A stretch of 64,000 nt of DNA from Patescibacteria group bacterium (GTDB lineage Bacteria > Patescibacteriota > Patescibacteriia > Buchananbacterales > UBA6539). The first letter of the stretch is position 1. Every line of letters begins with the position of its first letter. Positions 27,487 to 36,183 of the stretch are shown in pieces. The stretch is from NCBI GenBank assembly GCA_041662625.1, contig JBAZSB010000001.1, forward strand, positions 374,467-438,466, written 5' to 3'. A model generated the notes under the pieces. The model ran no database searches. It saw nothing but the letters and a program-made list of their open reading frames with translations, and had not been told where the DNA came from. Made by a program: the position numbers and the translations under genes.

Positions 27487-27768
27487 TTAGGAGTTGTGTG
27501 GATCATGCCGCAGGGCATTATCTAGTGCAAGCCGGCTTTCCGTCAAAGGTCCACCCATGCGGGCAACTTCCTGTCTGATTTCGTTAACCAGTTCTTCGGG
27601 TAACCCTTGCACCGTTCGCATAATGTCGTAGAGGGCCTCTGGTGTTGCTCCCTCATAAGAGCATAACCTGCGAACAGTTTCGGCTTGTTTGGCAACGAGC
27701 GCGTGCCGAAATATCAAGCTGTGCTCAGCTAGTTTTCGGCCAAGTGCCTTCAATACTCTTCTAAACAT
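27487..27768 (-). CDS. hypothetical 93-aa protein, GC-rich (about 53%), inside the IR-bounded segment
   Basis: AAAGGAGA Shine-Dalgarno 5 nt before the ATG (minus strand). A stem-loop (7-bp stem ccctggg / cccaggg style, large loop) plus T-rich tail follows the stop. Confidence 0.45.
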   Translation of the reverse strand: MFRRVLKALGRKLAEHSLIFRHALVAKQAETVRRLCSYEGATPEALYDIMRTVQGLPEELVNEIRQEVARMGGPLTESRLALDNALRHDPHNS

Positions 27769-27841
27769 CGTCGTCTCCTTTACCGTAGATTCATTTTTTG
27801 CCTTACTTGACCATAACTAGCTACAACTATCGTGAAATTAT

Positions 27842-27869
27842 TACCAATTATGGTTAGATAAGGTATCTG
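27842..27869 (-). promoter_or_regulatory. direct repeats TTATCTAAC (x2, 19-bp register) with an embedded tagata-agg-tatct palindrome in the leader of ORF 27487..27768
   Basis: gttagataa at 27842-27850 and 27861-27869 (plus strand). TTGACA/TTGACT hexamers lie upstream (minus strand) at about 27893-27915. Confidence 0.35.
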
Positions 27870-27949
27870 AAGTTAGATAAATAACAATAGCATATTTATA
27901 TATTTTTGTCAATAAGAAATAGTCAAAAAATACTAAATTTATCCAAAAA

Positions 27950-27969
27950 ACAGATTATATCTCTTTTGC
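27950..27969. repeat. right 20-bp terminal inverted repeat acagattatatctcttttgc
   Basis: Exact reverse complement of 27414-27433. Confidence 0.8.
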
Positions 27970-27983
27970 TCCACCCAAATTCT

Positions 27984-28034
27984 GCACATATTTCTGCGGT
28001 GACCTCCGGTCAATTTTACCACAGAAATATGTGT
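27984..28034. other. 17-bp imperfect inverted repeat (gcacatatttctgcggt ... accacagaaatatgtgt) with a 17-nt loop
   Basis: One mismatch and one wobble. Immediately outside the right IR. Confidence 0.4.
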
Positions 28035-28107
28035 AGAACTTCAGATAAAACGGTAATGTTGTATTTAATCGAGAAAGGATAAACATAATTAAATAAATAT
28101 TACCTAT

Positions 28108-28422
28108 ATGCTATTTTTTGAAACAAAAGATAAAGGAGAATATATCTATTTTAGAAGAAAAAAATTTACATTACAATTGGCGTTTATTCCGGCAATATGT
28201 TACTTTGTTTTGTTCCCAATCATTTATTCTATTTTCAGGTCAGGTGCCTTAGCTATAGCTATAGCACTTTTACTGTTGCTATTTTGGTTTTTTGGAATGT
28301 GGATGGCAATCGAGGGTGTAATAGCTGGATCTAAAATTAAAAAACAAAAAAAGCAAGGTAAAAAGATTGAATATGAGCATGGTGAATCATCTGGAATCCG
28401 AGGGGTTAAAATATATAAATAG
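28108..28422 (+). CDS. small membrane protein
   Basis: 104 aa, two TM helices, lysine-rich tail. Confidence 0.4.
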   Translation: MLFFETKDKGEYIYFRRKKFTLQLAFIPAICYFVLFPIIYSIFRSGALAIAIALLLLLFWFFGMWMAIEGVIAGSKIKKQKKQGKKIEYEHGESSGIRGVKIYK

Positions 28423-28525
28423 AAAGCCCTTTCTCGACTAAATCTAACGCGTTTTATAAGGCTCACCCATTACTAAGTAGTTCGGCTCGCGGACATTTCA
28501 AATATTAATAGTTAACGCAAAAAAT

Positions 28526-28897
28526 ATGGGAAAAAAAGTTAATAAATTTGTTTATTGGGCACCGAGAATACTAGCGATTTTATTTATACTATTTCTGGCT
28601 ATGTTTTCGTTGGATATTTTTGACGGCAACTACGGATTCTGGGGAACAATTGTGGGATTATTTATGCATAATATCCCAGCCTTGATCTTGCTAGCAGTTC
28701 TCATAATTTCTTGGAAATATGAAATAGTCGGAGGAATCGTATTTATTCTGGCCGGACTAGCATATATTATAATGCTAATGATGAACCAAACATTTGAATG
28801 GTATATGCTATCCTGGGCTCTAACAATTTCTGGACCGGCATTTCTGGTAGGAATTCTATTTTTGATTAACTGGATTAAGAAAAGCCGACATAATTAA
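28526..28897 (+). CDS. membrane protein (4 TM)
   Basis: 123 aa, hydrophobic. Confidence 0.45.
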   Translation: MGKKVNKFVYWAPRILAILFILFLAMFSLDIFDGNYGFWGTIVGLFMHNIPALILLAVLIISWKYEIVGGIVFILAGLAYIIMLMMNQTFEWYMLSWALTISGPAFLVGILFLINWIKKSRHN

Positions 28898-28931
28898 AGC
28901 TGTTTAATCAAAATTTTACATAATAAATGCA

Positions 28932-29017
28932 TGTTAGGTCTAGGAATTATAATTTTAATTGTTTTGGCGGTAATAATAGCCTTGATCATGGGTGCCCGAG
29001 AAGATAAAAATAGTTAG
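28932..29017 (+). CDS. 28-aa single-TM micropeptide (MLGLGIIILIVLAVIIALIMGAREDKNS)
   Basis: Read manually. Below the ORF-track size cut-off. No clear Shine-Dalgarno. Confidence 0.2.
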
Positions 29018-29081
29018 ATCATCCTTTACTCTTGACTTTTTACAAAAATTATGGTATTATTAATAATGAATTAATAAATAA

Positions 29082-29606
29082 TTGAATAATACTATGATAA
29101 GTCTTGAAAAAGGAGATCCTACACTCCAAGAAATGGGGATTGAACCAGACCAAGATGAATCAACTGAGCTTCCCCAAATACCTGAAGAAAAAAAATCAGA
29201 ATCAGGTATTACACCTGAACAATTGGCTGAAGCGATAAAAAAAGCTGAAGGAAATTATGGCAATGTATATCTTGACACGCCACTTGGAGATGCGACTCCG
29301 TATATAATAAGCGGCGACCAGGTAATGGTTGAATTTGTCGGCATGCCTGACTCAAGGCACTCTTTTGATATGAAGGATTTGAGATTAATTGATAAACCAA
29401 ATATTGATGATAGACCAAAGCCGTCGGCAAGTATTTATCCTGAAGGAGAAGGAGAAACCGATCCAGAAGATGACTTATATGCTGAACAAAGAATAATTCC
29501 TACTGATGGCGGCTTAGTGGAAGGCAGAATTGTTTCAGGACTTAAAGGTGGACCAGGGGTAATAGAAACTGATAAGGGAAAATTAAGAGTTAATAGATTA
29601 GGATAA
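29082..29606 (+). CDS. hypothetical acidic protein
   Basis: 174-aa ORF. No family recognised. Confidence 0.4.
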   Translation: MNNTMISLEKGDPTLQEMGIEPDQDESTELPQIPEEKKSESGITPEQLAEAIKKAEGNYGNVYLDTPLGDATPYIISGDQVMVEFVGMPDSRHSFDMKDLRLIDKPNIDDRPKPSASIYPEGEGETDPEDDLYAEQRIIPTDGGLVEGRIVSGLKGGPGVIETDKGKLRVNRLG

Positions 29607-29722
29607 ACCTTATATTAAAAAAGTTAGAAGCATAATAAAAGCAGTTATCTTTGATTGGAATGGCGTCATTATCAATGCCATGGCTGCTCATCAAATAGAA
29701 ATAAAATCAAACAAATAAAAGC

Positions 29723-30220
29723 ATGCTAGTTGGAATTGCCGGCTTGCCTGGCTCAGGCAAAACAAAAATCACTTGGGCTTTAGAAAAGCAAGGCTTCAAA
29801 GGTTTACATCGTGATGATTTCATTACTTTTTTGTTTAACCCAGTTGATTATAGTTCCCGAGCCCAAAAAGATCTTGCCTTCAAGATAATGCTAGCAGTAG
29901 CTGAATATTATTTAAAGCATAATAAAAATGTGGCACTGGATTGCCCTTCCTTCAGCCAAAAATGGGCGGTAAATTTGGCAAGGGCAACTGCCAAAAAAGC
30001 TAAAACTAAATTTAAATTAATTTACTGCCAGTGCCCGGATGAAATTGCAATCAAAAGGATTAAAAAAGCAAAACATCATATTGCGACTGACCGCACCCCA
30101 AAACTTTATTTTGAAGTTAAAGCCCGCTTTGAACCAATTAAAATCAAACATAAAAAAATCAATACCAATCGACCGCTGGCACAGACAATAAAGGAAGTTA
30201 ACCAGTATCTGAAAAAGTAG
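29723..30220 (+). CDS. P-loop NTPase / small kinase-like protein
   Basis: Walker A GLPGSGKT at the N-terminus. Confidence 0.55.
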   Translation: MLVGIAGLPGSGKTKITWALEKQGFKGLHRDDFITFLFNPVDYSSRAQKDLAFKIMLAVAEYYLKHNKNVALDCPSFSQKWAVNLARATAKKAKTKFKLIYCQCPDEIAIKRIKKAKHHIATDRTPKLYFEVKARFEPIKIKHKKINTNRPLAQTIKEVNQYLKK

Positions 30221-30278
30221 ATTTAAATAAAAATCGCCTTTTGACTGAACTCAAGGCGGTTTTTTAATAATATAAGTC

Positions 30279-30653
30279 CTAACTATTATTTGGCTTTTTT
30301 TGGAAGAAACATAAAATTGCAAAAAATAAAATTCCCATCCCATCGATTCCGATATCTTTAAGGCTTGCCACCCGGCCCGCCACATAGCTTTGGTGCCATT
30401 CATCAAAACCAGCATAGGCCAACGATAGGATAAAAGCAAAAATTAATGAGGTTTTTGAATTGATTTTAGACTGCCCCAAAGCCCGAAAAAATAAATAGGC
30501 CAAAATAAAAAATTCTGCCATGTGGGCAATCTTTCGGAAGATATAGTCCCAGAACGGTTCCAGGCTTGATTTGAGGTCAGGCTGAGCCGAAAAATAGTAA
30601 ATTACTCCCATCCAAGCGATGACAGCAAGCCAATTAAAGATTTTCTTTGACAT
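30279..30653 (-). CDS. VanZ-like family membrane protein
   Basis: FDEWHQSYVAGRVASLKDIGIDGMG motif, 4 TM. Confidence 0.55.
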   Translation of the reverse strand: MSKKIFNWLAVIAWMGVIYYFSAQPDLKSSLEPFWDYIFRKIAHMAEFFILAYLFFRALGQSKINSKTSLIFAFILSLAYAGFDEWHQSYVAGRVASLKDIGIDGMGILFFAILCFFQKKPNNS

Positions 30654-30712
30654 ACTTAAGATAATTTTGAATTTTGAAATTAGAATTTTGATTCAAAATT
30701 TAAAATTAAAAA

Positions 30713-31861
30713 TTATAATTTCTTATAAAGCTCATCCAACTGCTGACCGATAATCCGCCAGTCATATTTAAGCAAAACTTTCCTTCTCCCCGCCCGGCCA
30801 AATTCCAAGGCTTGACTGGGATTATCCAAAAAATAATTAATTTTAGCGGCCAAGTCGTCGGGATTTTTTGGTTCAGCCAATAACCCATCCATTTTTTCGG
30901 TGATGACGCTACGCACCCCAACTAAATTAGAGGCAACGACAGGCTTAGCACAGCTCATCCCTTCAATCAAAGCTAAACCAAAAGCTTCCGATTTATCAAC
31001 TGAGGGTAGAACAACCACATCGGCTAAATTATAATATTTTGGCAAATCCTCGTTAGGCACATAACCGGTGAAAACTGTCCGCAGATGAATTTTTAACTGA
31101 TGGACCAAATCCACATAGGTTTGCTTCAGTTCACCTTCGCCGACAATAACTAATTTCCATTCATAGTTTTCCTGGCGCAGCCGACTGGCCCCTTCAATCA
31201 GATATTCCACACCCTTGAAATAATGGGCTTTGTCCAGCCCGCCAACAAATAAAACTACTTTATCATTAAAATTGATTTCATGTTTTCTCAGCAGTTCACT
31301 ATCCTTAGCTTGGGGGGAAAAGTTCTGGGTATCAACACCGTTGGGTAACTCGACAAATTTAGCCGGGTTTTTCCCGATTTTTTTGGCCAGGTTAGAATGC
31401 TGGCCGTAATCCAGGGAAGTAAAAATGACTTTATCCGCTTTTTTGACAATCCGTGGCAGAACGAACCAATTATGAATTTTAAAAATCAATTTGAAAATTC
31501 CCTCCCCGACAACATCCATATGGTAATGCAAAATAATCTTTGTTTTTTGCTTTTTAAACCTCCGCCAATAAAACCAAATCACTTCCGCCCCGCCAAAAAA
31601 AGGATAATGCAGATGAATAATATCGTAGCCTTTCAGCATCCAGCCTAAAGCCGGAACAAAGGCAGCATTGCCGTATTTGAATAAAGGCTTAACCCGTTTA
31701 ATATCTAGATCACTGAATTCTTCCTCAACTGCCTGATAAAAAGGAGTAAAGATGGTTACCTGGTAGCCAAGCCGGACCAGTTCTTTGGCATTAAAAGCAG
31801 CGACATTACCAATGCCGCCGGCGTAAGGGGGAAAAGTAGGAGTAACTATGGCAATTTTCAT
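30713..31861 (-). CDS. glycosyltransferase family 4 (BshA/MshA-like)
   Basis: MKIAIVTPTFPPYAGGIGNV N-terminus and GT4 C-terminal motifs. Confidence 0.8.
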   Translation of the reverse strand: MKIAIVTPTFPPYAGGIGNVAAFNAKELVRLGYQVTIFTPFYQAVEEEFSDLDIKRVKPLFKYGNAAFVPALGWMLKGYDIIHLHYPFFGGAEVIWFYWRRFKKQKTKIILHYHMDVVGEGIFKLIFKIHNWFVLPRIVKKADKVIFTSLDYGQHSNLAKKIGKNPAKFVELPNGVDTQNFSPQAKDSELLRKHEINFNDKVVLFVGGLDKAHYFKGVEYLIEGASRLRQENYEWKLVIVGEGELKQTYVDLVHQLKIHLRTVFTGYVPNEDLPKYYNLADVVVLPSVDKSEAFGLALIEGMSCAKPVVASNLVGVRSVITEKMDGLLAEPKNPDDLAAKINYFLDNPSQALEFGRAGRRKVLLKYDWRIIGQQLDELYKKL

Positions 31862-31914
31862 AAAAAAAAGATATAATAATTCTAACTTATTTAATCTTAA
31901 AAGGCAATAAAATT

Positions 31915-32289
31915 ATGAAAAAAACCTTCTTATTTATCGTTATCGGGTTAGCTCTAATCTTAGTCGGCTGCAGCCCAAAAACTAGTCAAAATCAACCAGC
32001 CACCAATCAGCCTGTCGCTAATATCAACGAAAACATTAATACCAGTCAGAATAACATCACCATCCAAAATTTTGCCTTTGCACCCACAAATTTGGTGGTC
32101 ACCAAAGGATCAACCGTGACTTGGACTAATCAAGACTCTACTATCCACGCCATCACTGCCTCAGGGACTTTTGATTCCGGAAATTTAAATCAAGGGCAAT
32201 CTTTCAGTCATACCTTTAATGAAGCAGGTACCTTTAATTATCACTGTTCTATTCATCCTTCAATGACTGGAACGATAACTGTTCAATAA
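31915..32289 (+). CDS. cupredoxin (plastocyanin/azurin-like blue copper) lipoprotein
   Basis: Lipobox LVGCS. Type-1 copper ligands H...YHCSIHPSM. Confidence 0.7.
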   Translation: MKKTFLFIVIGLALILVGCSPKTSQNQPATNQPVANINENINTSQNNITIQNFAFAPTNLVVTKGSTVTWTNQDSTIHAITASGTFDSGNLNQGQSFSHTFNEAGTFNYHCSIHPSMTGTITVQ

Positions 32290-32291
32290 AT

Positions 32292-32510
32292 ATGCTAAAA
32301 AATATTGCCTATTTTTTAATATTAGGTAAGCCTCTGGTTCTCTATTTAGGCAGTATCACCCTTATCCTTTTGCTGCTTACTGCCACCATGGGTTTTTTGG
32401 TCATGAAAGGTAAAGCTAATTTCAAACATCATTTATTGTTGGCCAAAATCACCATTGCTTTGGCGTTAATCCATGGCATTTTAGGTTTAGCACTTTATTT
32501 TAATCTTTAA
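32292..32510 (+). CDS. small membrane protein
   Basis: 72 aa, 2 TM, translationally coupled to the cupredoxin gene. Confidence 0.35.
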   Translation: MLKNIAYFLILGKPLVLYLGSITLILLLLTATMGFLVMKGKANFKHHLLLAKITIALALIHGILGLALYFNL

Positions 32511-32514
32511 AAAT

Positions 32515-32979
32515 ATGAAATCTGATACTAAAATTACCAGCTTGATGATCAAAAGTCATCAACAAATTGAACAACTAATTAATCAGTTTGAAAAAAGTTT
32601 AGGGCGGGACTCTAAATTAGCGGACAAATCATTTCTAGAATTGAGAATTGGCCTAGAACAACATTTTCTAACAGAAGAAAAAGCTATTTTTGCCTTTAGC
32701 CAGCAAGGAAATGATAAATACAATGGTATTCCAAATCTGATCCAGCAGCATGGAATTATGCTGGAAATGATTAATAATATAAAAAACCAACTAGCCACAA
32801 AAAAAAGTTTTAGCATCTCAGAATTCAAAACATATATAGGTAAGCATCGAATGATTGAGGAAGGAATTCTATATCCGAAGTTGGATGCAGAATTAAATGA
32901 GTCACAGAAACAATTTATTATTAAAAAAATTGAAGAAATCCCCTCTCTAACCGAAAAATACCAGGACGAAAACGATTAA
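32515..32979 (+). CDS. hemerythrin-like domain protein
   Basis: Four-helix pattern with H/E spacing (HQQIEQL, EQHFLTEE, QQHGIMLE, HRMIEEG). Confidence 0.4.
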   Translation: MKSDTKITSLMIKSHQQIEQLINQFEKSLGRDSKLADKSFLELRIGLEQHFLTEEKAIFAFSQQGNDKYNGIPNLIQQHGIMLEMINNIKNQLATKKSFSISEFKTYIGKHRMIEEGILYPKLDAELNESQKQFIIKKIEEIPSLTEKYQDEND

Positions 32980-33029
32980 AAAATTTAATATTAAGGATAT
33001 TCAGGAGGGAACAAAAGGATAATCGAATT

Positions 33030-33302
33030 ATGACTAAAGACGAATTAAAAAAAGTTTGGGATAGATTTACCCAAAACAAAGACTTTATTTTGAATCCGGA
33101 CCCTGATCACGTCGAGGAAGTCGCTACCGGACTAATAGTTATGGAACAAAAGTACGGCTTAAGGCTTTGCCCTTGCCGTCTGCGTGATGGCTCCCGAAAG
33201 CGTGATTTGGAACTAATGTGCCCCTGCAATTTCAAAGCCCAAGATATCTGGCAGAGCCAAGGCCGTTGCTGGTGTGGCTTGTTTGTCAAAAAAGATAATT
33301 AG
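33030..33302 (+). CDS. ferredoxin-thioredoxin reductase catalytic-subunit-like protein
   Basis: CPC...CPC...CWCGLF cysteine pattern, matching the FTR-C fold. Confidence 0.55.
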   Translation: MTKDELKKVWDRFTQNKDFILNPDPDHVEEVATGLIVMEQKYGLRLCPCRLRDGSRKRDLELMCPCNFKAQDIWQSQGRCWCGLFVKKDN

Positions 33303-33337
33303 CTTTATCGCTTTATTAACTTTATTAACTTAAATTT

Positions 33338-33715
33338 ATGACTGAAGTAAATCAAATCTACAGATGTAATATCTGCGGCAATATTGTCCAGGTCTTACAT
33401 GATGGCGTCGGACAATTGGTCTGTTGCGGTCAACCGATGGAATTGCTCAAAGAAAACACCGTTGACGCCAGCCGGGAAAAGCACGTGCCAGTCATTGAAA
33501 AAACCGCCAATGGCTATAAGGTCAAAGTCGGCTCAGTCCCCCATCCGATGGAAGAAAAGCATTATATTGAGTGGATTCAGCTAATTGTCGGCAATATGGC
33601 CTATCACCGCTATCTCAAGCCTGGCGACGCGCCTGAGGCCGAATTCTGTGTCCCCAAGGCCGGCGAGGTCATTGCTCGGGAATACTGCAACTTGCACGGG
33701 CTTTGGAAGTCGTAA
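33338..33715 (+). CDS. desulfoferrodoxin (2Fe superoxide reductase)
   Basis: N-terminal desulforedoxin CNICGN...CCG. SOR centre EKHVPVIE...H...C. Confidence 0.8.
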   Translation: MTEVNQIYRCNICGNIVQVLHDGVGQLVCCGQPMELLKENTVDASREKHVPVIEKTANGYKVKVGSVPHPMEEKHYIEWIQLIVGNMAYHRYLKPGDAPEAEFCVPKAGEVIAREYCNLHGLWKS

Positions 33716-33722
33716 ATAAAGT

Positions 33723-34028
33723 ATGGGCATTACCATCTACGTCACCTACCCGAGTCTAACTGAAGCCAAAAAAATAACCGACAAGCTGCTGGCCCAAAAA
33801 CTGGTGGCTTGTGTTACTTTCTTCCCAATCAAAAGTAAATTTTGGTGGCAAGGGAAAATCCAACAGGCAAACGAAGTGGTGACATTGCTAACTACCAAAA
33901 AAGAAAATTGGGCAAAAGTTAGAGCTGAAATAAAAAAAATGCACTCTTACAAAGTACCGTGCATTGAAAAAACTGAGTTTGCGGCTAATATTGATTATGA
34001 GGATTGGATCAAAAAAGTAACAAAATAA
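33723..34028 (+). CDS. cutA: divalent-cation tolerance protein CutA
   Basis: 101 aa. CutA1 signature (VACV...WW.G.I...E). Confidence 0.75.
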   Translation: MGITIYVTYPSLTEAKKITDKLLAQKLVACVTFFPIKSKFWWQGKIQQANEVVTLLTTKKENWAKVRAEIKKMHSYKVPCIEKTEFAANIDYEDWIKKVTK

Positions 34029-34045
34029 TATTCATCAGATTTACT

Positions 34046-34073
34046 GCCGAGGCATCCCCGCCTCGGCTTTTTT
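34046..34073. terminator. bidirectional intrinsic terminator gccgaggc-atcccc-gcctcggc + T6
   Basis: Lies between convergent cutA and GT2. Confidence 0.75.
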
Positions 34074-35118
34074 ACCACCAAACTATTTTTTTTATAACTT
34101 GCCAATAGCAGTTAAAAATTGGATTAGCGATATACTTCAATAATGGGTTTTGTAAATCTTGAAATTCAATTTTGCCGACAAAACGTTTAATAATTTCTTT
34201 GTCTTTGACTATTCGTTTACTCTGGACCTCTTTTCTGGTTTTAATGAATTTACCCCAATTGCGGGGATTAAAAAAATAAGCATAGACGTTAAACTCCTCT
34301 TGCCACCAGCCGCCGATAAAAGAATAGAAAAACATGGCAATATCCATTATCAGCCAAGCCGGACTGATTAAAAAAATCGTTGCCATTTTATAATTCTGAA
34401 GCATTACCAAATAGCGGTTGCGCTCCATATAATAATATTTTTTGATGCTTCGGGAAAATTCGTATTTGTGATAAACTACCGAGTTGGGTGCTAACATTAC
34501 TTTCCAGCCAGCCAGCCAAAGTCGCCAGCCTAAATCTGCATCTTCGTGGTACATAAAAAAATCGGCATTAAACAAACCGACTTGTTTTAAAACGCTAGTT
34601 CTAAACAGGGCACAAGCACCAGAAGGATAAGTAATTTCTTTGACCGCCAATTCCTGATCAACCATCTGATAGCCGCCCGCAAAAGCAAAGCCTAAGTAAT
34701 GAATTTCATTGCCAATACTGTTAATTTTACCCTGATCTTGATAAAGTAATAATTTTGACTGCACCGCACCAATTTTCTCATCAGTTTGGGCAATAGCCAT
34801 AACTTCGTCTAAAAAATTGGGGCTAACCACGGTATCTTGATTTAATAAATATACGTAATCAAAACCATTATCAATGCCATATTGCAAACCAATGTTATTA
34901 CCAGCCGCAAAGCCACTATTTTCTTTATTTTCAATCAACTTAATATCTGCCCAGTTGTTCTTTAAATATTGAACCGAAGCATCAGTTGAAGCGTTGTCAA
35001 TAACTAAAATCTCAAAACTATCTTTAGGATAAGTAATTTTGGCTAAACTAGATAAACAATCGCGGAGGAAATCCGCGCCGTTGTAAACTAAAATAACAAT
35101 TAGAACTTTTTTGACCAT
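34072..35118 (-). CDS. glycosyltransferase family 2
   Basis: LVYNGADFL...IDNASTD GT2 motifs. Confidence 0.8.
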   Translation of the reverse strand: MVKKVLIVILVYNGADFLRDCLSSLAKITYPKDSFEILVIDNASTDASVQYLKNNWADIKLIENKENSGFAAGNNIGLQYGIDNGFDYVYLLNQDTVVSPNFLDEVMAIAQTDEKIGAVQSKLLLYQDQGKINSIGNEIHYLGFAFAGGYQMVDQELAVKEITYPSGACALFRTSVLKQVGLFNADFFMYHEDADLGWRLWLAGWKVMLAPNSVVYHKYEFSRSIKKYYYMERNRYLVMLQNYKMATIFLISPAWLIMDIAMFFYSFIGGWWQEEFNVYAYFFNPRNWGKFIKTRKEVQSKRIVKDKEIIKRFVGKIEFQDLQNPLLKYIANPIFNCYWQVIKKIVWW

Positions 35119-35179
35119 GAAGGAATTAGGAATTAGGAATTAGGAATTAGGAATTCTACCCTGATTCATAATTCCTAAT

Positions 35180-35515
35180 TCATGATTCTGGGTCTTCTTT
35201 ATCTTCCAAGGCTGTTCGGCGCACGACCTTCGTTATATCCCGGTCAATTTTTTCTAGCCTGACAATAATTTTGAAAACCAGAAAGAACAAGACAATGACG
35301 GAAAGATAAACCAATAAATCGGCACCGCGTTCCACGCCAAGCCATTGCGAAACAGCATCGGTCTTTTTTGGCACTAACGTGGCAGCAGCAACCAGAAACC
35401 AAAAAATCAGCCAAATCACCAATTCCCGACTAGTAATATCACCTTTACGGAAACGTAAAAACGTCCGCCAAAAAACAAACACAATAAACAAAATTATAAT
35501 AATTTTTATAATCAT
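35180..35515 (-). CDS. DUF2304-like small membrane protein
   Basis: 111 aa, 3 TM. Typical partner of GT2 DPM-synthase-like genes. Confidence 0.5.
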   Translation of the reverse strand: MIIKIIIILFIVFVFWRTFLRFRKGDITSRELVIWLIFWFLVAAATLVPKKTDAVSQWLGVERGADLLVYLSVIVLFFLVFKIIVRLEKIDRDITKVVRRTALEDKEDPES

Positions 35516-36183
35516 CGGCCGACTCGATCAATAATTAAAGCCCAAATTATTCTAAAAGCATTGGATAGTTTTTGGCCTTTGCGAATTGAATAATCAGTAT
35601 AATACATTGTGATTGGCACTTCAATGAATTTCAGCCTGTATTTTTTAACCTGCTCAAGAATTTCTGAAGCATGGGCCATACCATCTTGCCTAATTCTGAT
35701 TTTTTCCGCTGCTAAGCGCGACATGGCCCGAAAACCATTATGAGTATCGGTCAATTTTAAACCAGTATATAGATTAGTCACCCAAACGGCTAATTTTAAA
35801 ACTACCCTTTTGGCAACTGGGATCTGACTGTTTGGCTTGAGAAAACGGGAACCTAAAACAATATCAACCCCACCCAAAATTAACGGCTCAACTACTTTAT
35901 CAATTTCCTCAGCGTTCAACTGACCATCGGCATCAAAAGTAACAATGATATCTGCGTTGGACTTCAGGGCAAAATTAATGCCAGTTTGCAAAGCTGCACC
36001 CTGGCCACGATTTAAAAAATGAGTTAGGACAATAGCTCCGGCTCGCTTGGCCTGCTGGCCAGTATCATCACTTGAACCGTCGTCAACTACTATTACCTGA
36101 TTAGCTTTATTTTTGACTGCCCTAACCACGCTGGCAACCATGGTTGCCTCGTTAAAAGCCGGAATCACAATACTAGTCATCAT
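35512..36183 (-). CDS. GT2 polyprenol-phosphate sugar synthase-like glycosyltransferase
   Basis: IVIPAFNE...VVDDGSSDDT motifs. Confidence 0.8.
   Translation of the reverse strand: MMTSIVIPAFNEATMVASVVRAVKNKANQVIVVDDGSSDDTGQQAKRAGAIVLTHFLNRGQGAALQTGINFALKSNADIIVTFDADGQLNAEEIDKVVEPLILGGVDIVLGSRFLKPNSQIPVAKRVVLKLAVWVTNLYTGLKLTDTHNGFRAMSRLAAEKIRIRQDGMAHASEILEQVKKYRLKFIEVPITMYYTDYSIRKGQKLSNAFRIIWALIIDRVGR

Noticed and set aside
27224-27490. 88-aa plus-strand ORF 27224..27490 and minus-strand ORF 27151..27456
   Set aside because: They are out of frame with the Shine-Dalgarno-supported 42-aa peptide gene, they span the hairpin and the left IR, and they have no Shine-Dalgarno.
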